Origin: Hormiphora californensis
Lineage: Eukaryota > Animalia > Ctenophora
Length of the DNA stretch: 64,000 nt
Direction: 5' to 3'
Assembly (NCBI GenBank): GCA_020137815.1
Contig: CM035355.1
Location: forward strand, 3,286,001-3,350,000
Shown one piece after another: positions 53,955-64,000 of the stretch. Position numbers and translations under genes: made by a program. The first letter of the stretch is position 1; each line of letters starts with the position of its first letter. The notes beneath the pieces were generated by a model, which saw only the letters and a program-made list of their open reading frames with translations, was not told the origin of the DNA and searched no databases.

Positions 53955-54720
53955 TTTGCGGGGAGTTAGAGAGCACTGAATTAGAGAGAGAATGAGAGAA
54001 TAGGGGATATTATATGGAGCACGGATTTGCGGGGAGTTAGAGAGCACTGAATTAGAGAGAGAATGAGAGAATAGGGGATATTATCTGGAGCACGGATTTG
54101 CGGGGAGTTAGAGAGCACTGAATTAGAGAGAGAATGAGATAATATTATCTGGCGCTTTTATAAAGTAAAGTAATTTGTCAGATATCGGAGTACACAGAGA
54201 AGCAGGAGCATACAATGTGAGCTGATCTGTAGACGTGGAAGTAGAATTATCAGCTGTTTAAAGAAGGAGATAAGCAGGGAGTTAGAGAGCACTGAATTAG
54301 AGAGAGAATGAGAAAATAGGGGATATTATATGGAGCACGGATTTGCGGGGAGTTAGAGAGCACTGAATTAGAGAGAGAATGAGAGAATAGGGGATATTAT
54401 CTGTTTAAAGAAGGAGATAAGCAGGGAGTTAGAGAGCACTGAATTAGAGAGAGAATGAGAGAATAGGGGATATTATATGGAGCACGGATTTGCGGGGAGT
54501 TAGAGAGCACTGAATTAGAGAGAGAATGAGAGAATAGGGGATATTATATGGAGCACGGATTTGCGGGGAGTTAGAGAGCACTGAATTAGAGAGAGAATGA
54601 GAGAATAGGGGATATTATCTGGAGTACGGATTTGCGGGGAGATAGAGAGTACTGAATTAGAGAGAGAGTGAGAGAATATTATCTGGCGCTTTTATAAAGT
54701 AAAGTAATTTGTCAGATATC
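53955..54720. repeat. ~70-bp tandem repeat array
   Basis: Unit gcggggagttagagagcactgaattagagagagaatgagagaataggggatattat..ggagcacggattt, ~9 copies with interruptions. Confidence 0.9.
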
Positions 54721-55112
54721 GTCCCATTTCTGGGCAGCATCCCATTGCTGGGCATCATCCCTTCGCAGGGCATCATCCCATTTCTGGGCACCATCCCTTT
54801 GCAGGGCATCATCCCATTGCTGGGCGGATCCTCGGCGTTAGCCTCGGGCGGGTAAGAAAAATGGTCGGTATATTGCCTAGCTGCTTTGGCCCAATGCACT
54901 GGTTGGGGAGCTGGTGCTATACCAGGCCACGATGGTATCTCTAATCAGAGAGAGATAGGTAGTGAGCGGAAAGAAAGGGACACATCGCCCAGGGCTGCTG
55001 CTCTGTTTCCCTGAGTGGTATGTGGAGTACACAGAGAAGCAGGAGCATACAATGTGAACTCTGAAATTTATCTTATTTGAAAGATAAAATAATGAACTTT
55101 AATCCTATATAA

Positions 55113-56025
55113 TTTTTTCCCTGCCCGGGTGAATGCCGAAGGCATTCACCCGGATGCCTTTTTACTTTGTAAAAAGGCATAGCAGGGTTAGAATTCGAAA
55201 ACAACATTTTGGTATACTAACTAATCGGTAGAGGGACCATTTTGGTCACACTTTCGTTGCGAGGGGCAACGGTGTAGCAACTAGAGCCGCGCGCACAGTG
55301 ACGAGCTACTCCTTCATCAAACACCTCATTGACACAGTTTGATGGACGTGTGTGCGCGCGCCACTCAACAAAGCATGAAATGCTCTGCCGCGCGTTTCGC
55401 GTGTTACATACACATTTTCATCTTGCGAGTCGAGTGTGAGATCTATATTATAAAGCAGAGAACCTTGCAAGACAATTGGTTTTTGGGGGGGGTTTTTAGG
55501 GCTTGCACGTGGAAAATTGACATGTTGTTAGGGGTGTTTGGTGGGGTTTGGGGCGTGCACGTGCGTGTGTAAAGGTTTTATAAATTTGGGGGATAATAGC
55601 TCTTTGGAAAGAGCTTGAGATTATCTTTCTAATGAGCCTTAGAATTTTGAAATTGGCTGAGAAATGACTGAGTTATCGCGAAAATGGTGAAAAATGAGGG
55701 AACAAAGCGGCGCCGTAGGGAGCAAAGTAGGCATGAGCCAGGGATCGGGATTGAGAGGAGTCAATAGGGTGTGAGGGTTTTTTGTTCTTTTGCCTGGGCT
55801 CTCTAGTGTTAGATAAGTAGTTAAGTTGGAATGTCAAAAGCTGGTTAGCAAGTGTCATGTGATTGGGAGCTAACTCTAAGCTATGTGAGAAGTATACTGA
55901 CAGCTAGATCGTATGCATCTCACATTACATTATGACCAAGCCTTGATCCTGTTGGCAGTGACAATGTCACTGACATGTGAAACGGTAGGGCAGGGAAACT
56001 CAGCATTATGAACACATAATGCAAT
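55113..56025 (+). mobile_element. Second HINE-like element, nested in a TIR element
   Basis: 5' T-run plus ccctgccc with two hairpins and agcaggg; 3' gggcagggaaa (~55988) followed by the stem-loop gcattatg-aaca-cataatgc. Confidence 0.6.
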
Positions 56026-56569
56026 AATTCTTGTTTTCATTGTATCTTTTTTTAAATGGGAGTGAGAACCGATTAAGTAAAAAGTTAACCATTTTGCCCC
56101 GGTTTACCCTATACTATTTCAATCAGAACTTGGCGGGAAAATCAGGTATCATGTGAGCACTGAGCAATGAATGAGCATAGCACGAAATTATTGGTATCAT
56201 GTCGCAGTTTTCACTGCCAAAATGTGCAAGTTATACTGACGCCCTTTTGTGCATGTTAATAACTGTTATATATATAACGGATCACTAAATCTAATAAGCA
56301 CAGAACACTGCGAATCTTTTTTACTATTGTTTCCCACATTGTATAATGGTGTGTTGCTTGGCTCTGTGTTAATCATGTTAATCATGTATATGAATTTGTC
56401 TAGTGTTGCTGTGTACCCAACTCTCTCTGAGTTCACTCAGAATATGCCTGTCAGAGCATTGGCCTGACCCTATTCTCATAGGAGCACGCGAGAACTGTGG
56501 TCAGAGCATTGGCCTGACAGGAATATGCTGAGTGATGAAAACAATCTATGTTTTTCTAGGGACAACATT

Positions 56570-58010
<1,441 letters not shown>

Positions 58011-58738
58011 AGATTGAGCGCTGTCGGATAAACTAACTATGAGGCTGTCGGGCCAATTCACTGGCCGCAGTTCTCGCTCCGCATACTTTTTTGAAACAAA
58101 TGAGAATAGGGTCAGACCAATGCTCTGTTAGGTATGAGTTGTACAGACTGTTTCATACCTAGTCCTACACTCTTATACTACATCGATTTCCATTAAATGA
58201 ATGGTTTAGAAGATTCTTTAACCACAATTCAAATTGGTCACCAACCCTAAACATACCTCTTTTATTGGCAATATTTGTGAGAAGCCACAATTAAGAGTCA
58301 GACAGTGCCGGTTTGAGAAAAACTGGGGTCAAACAAGGGTCAGCGTTGAGAGCTGTTACTTTCTAGTGTAACACCAATAGAGATGGTCTATTACCAAGAA
58401 AGGGGAATATGCCGCACAGAGGAAGAAAAAAAAAGCCACAATTAAGAAATGCATGTTATGTTTCAAATTGAAAATGAAAGCAGGTATGCTTAACTTTAAA
58501 AGTTTATTGAACAAGATTTTATTTAGCCTTTATTTTATCAAGAATGTATGTTTTGTAGTTTTTTTTTCTGCTTCAATAATATAAGTGATTTATACTTAAA
58601 ACCTTTACTAAATAAACAAGCGAGTTATTTATTTTAAACCGAGATACATCAACAGAACTCAATTAAAGTGAAATTTAATCTGGGTTTATAAAACCTCGTA
58701 TTTTCACTTTACCGTTGTTGTGTCTCGGATGGCAGTGA

Positions 58739-58884
58739 AACGATCATTCTTATCTACCGATCCCGTTCTAATTGGAACATACTGTAACGATCATTCTTAT
58801 CTACCGATCCCGCTCTAATTGGAACATACTGTAACGATCATTCTTATCTACCGATCCCGCTCTAATTGGAACATACTGTAACGC
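58739..58884. repeat. 47-bp tandem repeat, 3 copies
   Basis: aacgatcattcttatctaccgatcccg(t/c)tctaattggaacatactgt. Confidence 0.92.
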
Positions 58885-59515
58885 GCGACCGCCTAACGGT
58901 TAATTCGAAAGGGTGTTTTCGCGAGAGTCCACTCAGTCCATGCGCTTGCGCCAAGACCCTCATCGTTTTTCCGTTCGGCGGCCGCGCGCGCTCACGGTAC
59001 ACTCTGTTGTGACAGATGGGGATCGTGTGAGGCCGGTTACATATTCAAAACCCCGTAAATATAACGCTATTTATAGCATTTGTTCCACGCTTGCCTCAGA
59101 AGCCAAGGTACCACCATGGTACTGGCATATCACCAGGGTGATTCATTACCAATGGCTCACTTCCCAGTTTGGGCCCGGGGCCGCCCTCAGAAGTCTGTTT
59201 CTAATTATTGGACAACAAAAACACATTGGCTCAACTCGAAATAACTCGCGTTTTTATAAATAAAAGGACATAATTTACAACGCAATTGTATTTGTACAAA
59301 ACTATTTACAAACCACAGAGCCCCGCCGGAACCACACTCTTCTCTAACGACCACCGTCCCTTTCTTTCTCCTTATTCTTTTACCCAAACAATTTAAAAAC
59401 ATAAAACTTATCAGAACTTTCACTGCAAAACTGCACGTGTCTGGCCGAAACAAGACAAGCTCTATCAGCTATCTCTCCTGACAAAAACTCTTTTTAAAAC
59501 AATACGTGAGAAACA

Positions 59516-60484
59516 CTACCATGGCCGCCATATCTTAGCTGGTAACGAGGACTGTCCTAACGATGAAGATTCGGGGCTCTGTAGTTCCTGTTTAATGACA
59601 GTCCTTTGCTCGACGCTGTTAAATGCGCTCTGTCGCTCTGCCGGCCGAAATGGCGATAAACCGGGGCTGTGGTGGGACGATAGGGGCGATGTGTGGCTGC
59701 CTGCTTCTGCTGCTGCTGCCCCATGATGGTGGTGGTGGTGTGCTGCTGCCATTTGGAAAGCTGGGTTCTTCTGATATTTTGATATCTCACTCCGCTCGTA
59801 TTCTGGTGTGAGAGGGGAGTATGTCTCCTGGCCGAGGGAGAGGACCTTGAGTTGGGATATAAAGTGCTGTTTGATGTCCTCTGGAACTGGTGTGTTGAGG
59901 ATCACCGTGGCCGTCTCCTCAATACATCTTCTGAACCCGTCTCGGTACGAGGGATCACCACCTCCGTCACCATCTAGGGGAGAGAAGGTGGTGTGAGGGT
60001 GATTTGGGACAGAGGGAACTAGGAGAGAGAAGGGGGTGAGAGGAACCAAAACAGGAGGAATTAGGGAGAGAAGGGGGTGGGAGGGTAATTTGGACCAAGA
60101 GCAAACTGTAACATTTAGAAAAAGTCTAAACCTACCCTATCCCTTCCCTTTATCTCTTTTTAAATCGTGCCACAACCCTCACCCAATTTACCTCCAACGC
60201 ATTCCTCTTGTAGGGCCCTCAAGTGGGAGACTGTCAACTCCAAAATATCTGCCTTGTCCATTCTAATGGCCCCATGAGCCATCTCTGGCACCAAATGTTT
60301 CTGAAAAAGGAAGAGAGGGTGAGGTATGGTTGTAGCTGTTGGGATAGAGAGAGATAGAGAAAAGTAGAGAAAGAAGGAAAGATCATAGACAGGAGAAAGA
60401 TGTATTACTTACCAATTCTTCCAGACTCTTGTTGAACCTTGCTCGTCTCCTTTTTTCCACCAACGGTTTTGGTAGCTTGCACCC
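59516..60484 (-). CDS. Hairy/Enhancer-of-split (HES) family bHLH-Orange repressor, 5' exon(s) unresolved
   Basis: Exon 60413-60484 KLPKPLVEKRRRARFNKSLEEL; 60192-60300 RMDKADILELTVSHLR; 59516-59973 Orange domain SYRDGFRRCIEE.. ending in WRPW*. Confidence 0.95.
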
Positions 60485-63129
60485 CTGTGAAAGAGAGAAC
60501 TTGTAAAATGCTCAAATGTGATCCCATTCCCCCATCCCATTTCTTAACAAACATACAATTTATATAATATAATATGACATTTATAGTATAGAACCTATAG
60601 GTAATGGTGTATGCCATGTAACCAATGAGCTGGTCCGGTGCTATAACGAAATACATTCTCTGTTTGGTTTCATTATTCACACCAATGGTGTTGGCGGGTG
60701 TGACATGACATCGAAGACGCTCATAAAACAGATATACTACCCACCACCTCCAACCCTCCCCATCGAAAAAACATTTTGTGAAACTGTTCGGGGAACAAAC
60801 GGGTTTTGATTTTTCCCCGCAAAAGAAAATTTAAAAAATAAATATATAAATTTTTTAGATTTTCAGTAAGGGGTATACTTTCAAAATTTTTTAATGACTC
60901 ACCCGATTTGGGGGTCGTGGGATTTCCCCGGGAGGTTGGGGGGGGGCCAAAAATAAAATATATTTATAGAAAAGAAAAAAGGGAAACAAAAAAAGGGGGG
61001 AAAAATAAATAAACTTACAAATAATAAAGGGAAAACAACAGAAAAAAGATAGAGGGTTAAATTTTTTTTTGTTGGGGGGTTTTTAAAATTCTATAAACTC
61101 CTGCAAACCGTTTGGGGGAGGTTAAGGGGCGGGTTGCCAATTCATCTTTCCCCGGGCCCCCCTCTCCCTGCGAGCAAAAGGGGGGTGTTCTCAAAATTTT
61201 TCCCAGTGGGGGGTCCCCCCAAGGGGTACCCCATAGAAATGGCCCCTAAGGGGAAATTTTCCCAGTCATTGCCCGGGACCGATTTTGGATAAAAAAAGAA
61301 TTGGGATGAAAAAGGGGTCATGAGTCCCAAGGAAGGGGGGAACGGGGAAGGGGAGAGAGAGGGAGGGCGCCCCGGGGGATAGAAATAAAAAAGGGAAGGG
61401 GGCGGGGAGGGGAGGGGAGGAATAAGGGAAAGAAGAAAAAAAGGAAAAAAAAGAGAGAGAATGGATCTCTAGAAAAGAGATTCCCGGGAGGGATTGATTC
61501 ATGTTTATGGCCTTTTCCACAGGGGCCTTTCCCTCTTCTTTTCCCCCCGGTTTTCCCAAAGCACCCAAACAATTTTGGGGGGTCGGGGGAGCGTGGGGGA
61601 AACCGGAATTTTCCCCGCCCACTTAATCTGATTACCAAGGGGAAAAAGAGGAAAAAGAGGAGGAGAGAGAAGAGGAGGAAGGGAGGAAGAAAAGGGGAAA
61701 AAAAATAGGGGAGGAGCAGCCAAACCCCCGGGTGGGTTTTTGGGGCCCGATGGGGAAAGGACTGTGGTGAACCCGGGGACAGTTTTCCCCACGTTTTACC
61801 AACCCAAATTTTAGCGGCAAACTCGGTTCCGGGAAAAATGGGCCCTATCCAAAAGGGACCCTGATATAAAACAGAGAAGCTCGAGTTTTGGGTATCATGA
61901 ATCTTTTCCCCCCCTCAAAAACCAGATCACCCCCTTTTCAAATAACCAGTCACCCTTTTTTCAAATATCCAGATCCCCCTTTCCCCAAAAACCAAACACC
62001 CCTTTCTCAAATACCAAATCACCCTTTCTCAAATACCAAATCACCCTTTCTCAAATACCAGATCACCCTTTTTTCCCAAAAACCCGATCACCCCTTTTTC
62101 CCAAAAACAATCACCTTTCTCAAAACCAAAATTTTTAAAACCCATTTCTCAAATACCAGAGCACCCTTTCTCAAATACCAGATCACCCTTTCTCAAATAC
62201 CAGATCACCCATTTCTCAAATAGTACAGTCATCAGTTCACCCCTCAACCTGGTTGTAGGGAGGCGGGCACCCTCAGGGCAAAGCACACGCTCCCGCCACA
62301 CACACACACTACTCTCTCTCCCTTCTCTCTCTCTCTCTCTCTCTCTCCCTTCTCTCTCTCTCTCTTTTTTTCCTCTTTTCCCTTTTCTCCCTCCTCTCTC
62401 TCTTCTCCTCTCTTTTCTCTCCCTTCTCTCTCTCTCCTTTCTCCTCTCTCTCTCCCCCCCCCCCTCTTTTCTACTTCCTCTCTCTCCCTTCCCTTTCTTC
62501 TTCTCTTTTTCCCCCCTTTCCCCTTCTTTTTCCTTTGTAATTTAAGAGGGGACCCCCAATTAAAATGGAGGACAGGTTTGTGCCTTGTTCGAGCCCCACA
62601 CACCAAAGCCAGTAGCCCCCCACTACAATGAGGGAAAAAAAATAACCCAACAGAGGGAAAAAGGGGGGGAGAGAGAGAGAGAGATTAGAGAGGGGGAGGA
62701 GAGAGGAGAGAGAGGGGGAGAGAGGAGAGGGGGGGGGAAGGGGTAGAGGAATTTGGGGAAAAGGGGGGAAAATAAAAAAAAACGAGAGGAAAAAAAAGAA
62801 ATTTTGTTCCCCAAAGGGTTGAAAGGATTTAATGTCAAGTTTTACACGGGGGTGGTACCTAATTGACAGGGATCGTGTGTGTAAACTGAATGTGCTCCGG
62901 CAGCTCCGTATGGATATAATAGTCCTACTCATAACATATATCTTTTTATTTATGACTTATTTATCAAAGTCTGTCCAATAGTATAACACTAATACGTGAC
63001 AGTACCAATAGAGGCTCTTGTGAGAGTTTTGACGGTAAGTGAAGATAGATCCTTTAAAAGTTATTTTTTTGGGGGGGGAAGTGTGTGGGGGGGGTTTAAA
63101 AAAAGTTTGGGCCCCCCCCGGGGGGGGGG

Positions 63130-63582
63130 GGGTGTGTAGAAGAGCAGGTAGAAGGAGAGACAAGTGCAGTTGAATTTCACTGGGGTGTGTGAGAGCAGAA
63201 CAGGAAGTGAATAGACGGTTAGAGAATGAGTGTAGAAAAAGTAATTGGACTAGGGTGTGTAGAAGAGCAGGTAGAGGGAGGGGACAAGGTGTTGAATTTT
63301 ACTGGGGTGTGTAGAAGAGCAGGTAGAGGGAAGGGAGAGACAAGTGCAGTTGAATTTGACTGGGGTGTGTAGAAGAGCAGGTAGAGGGAAGGGAGAGACA
63401 AGTCAGTTGAATTTGACTGGGGTGTGTAGAAGAGCAGGTAGAGGGAGAGAAAAGTGCAGTTGAATTTGACTGGGGTGTGTAGAAGAGCAGGTAGAGGGAG
63501 GGGACAAGTGCAGTTGAATTTGACTGGGGTGTGTGGAAGAGCAGGTAGAGGGGGGACAAGTGCAGTTGAATTTGACTGGGGC
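63130..63582. repeat. ~57-bp tandem repeat, about 8 copies
   Basis: ggggtgtgtagaagagcaggtagaggg..acaagtgcagttgaatttgact. Confidence 0.9.
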
Positions 63583-64000
63583 TGAATTATATTCAATACA
63601 ATGAGTTGCTGTGAAAGTAATCAAACTTCTTCTGACGCGAGCCCTCCTAGATTGAGTGCACCCCGGGGCCCGGACAAAGGGAGTGCAATCACACATGATT
63701 AACTGCACACAAAGAGATTGGTCGGCATCATAAAGAGGCCAGGAATAGTCTGCTTTTTTTTATTTATTAGAAAGACTTTCTCAGAAAGTACAAGAGTTGA
63801 ATTCTAATATCATGCCTCGTCGTGACTTACAATTCCGTATGAAAAGGGTAGAGTGATGTAGTTGTTACTTGGGCCACCCATTACAATCCCCATTTCCTCC
63901 CTGTCCTCTTTGTCGCTAAGATCAACTGTTCGGTCCCTGAGAAATAGAGCATGATAACGTTCTACAGCGTGGTACTACAAGAGTACTATGGAATCCAAAG

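Larger units (their letters stand above)
53448..56109. mobile_element. TA-flanked TIR DNA element (Tc1/mariner-pogo-like, non-autonomous)
   Basis: TA-GGGTAAACCG(t)GGCAA ... TTGCCCCGGTTTACCC-TA; repeated subterminal ggggcaattcgaac motifs. Confidence 0.7.

Noticed and set aside
58739-58884. CRISPR-like appearance of tandem repeats (also 53955-54720 and 63130-63582)
   Set aside because: No unique spacers, no cas genes, eukaryotic context.
60760-63130. ORFs and G-run (quadruplex-like) tracts upstream of the HES gene
   Set aside because: Homopolymer-inflated, low-quality consensus that cannot be interpreted.
63600-63940. Possible minus-strand exons (DRTVDLSDKEDREEMGIVMGG..|gtaagt)
   Set aside because: Splice sites are plausible but there is no recognisable homology and the gene would run off the window.

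Overview
Eukaryotic (animal) genomic DNA with short GT-AG introns, abundant (AG/CT)n microsatellites, dense MITEs and indel-prone sequence (100-N gap at 17150-17249; very noisy 10400-20300 and 60760-63130). The repeat families and gene style suggest a ctenophore such as Pleurobrachia (recollection and inference, not verified). Seven spliced genes were reconstructed by hand: a Gli/Glis/Zic-type C2H2 zinc-finger factor (-), SRP receptor alpha (-), GDP-D-glucose phosphorylase 1 (-), an IFI6/IFI27-like protein (+), SMARCAL1 (+), an orphan 7TM receptor (+) and a HES bHLH-Orange-WRPW gene (-). Mobile DNA includes CR1/L2 and HERO-like LINE pieces, two solo LINE ORF1s, HINE-like elements, nested MITEs and a 1.8-kb palindrome with a 6-bp TSD. 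The most notable patterns are tandem repeats anchored on splice junctions at seven exon boundaries in three genes, a zinc-finger array apparently split 3+2, an ORF1-only LINE derivative with a microsatellite tail, and tight co-oriented gene pairs with acceptors just upstream of the ATG.
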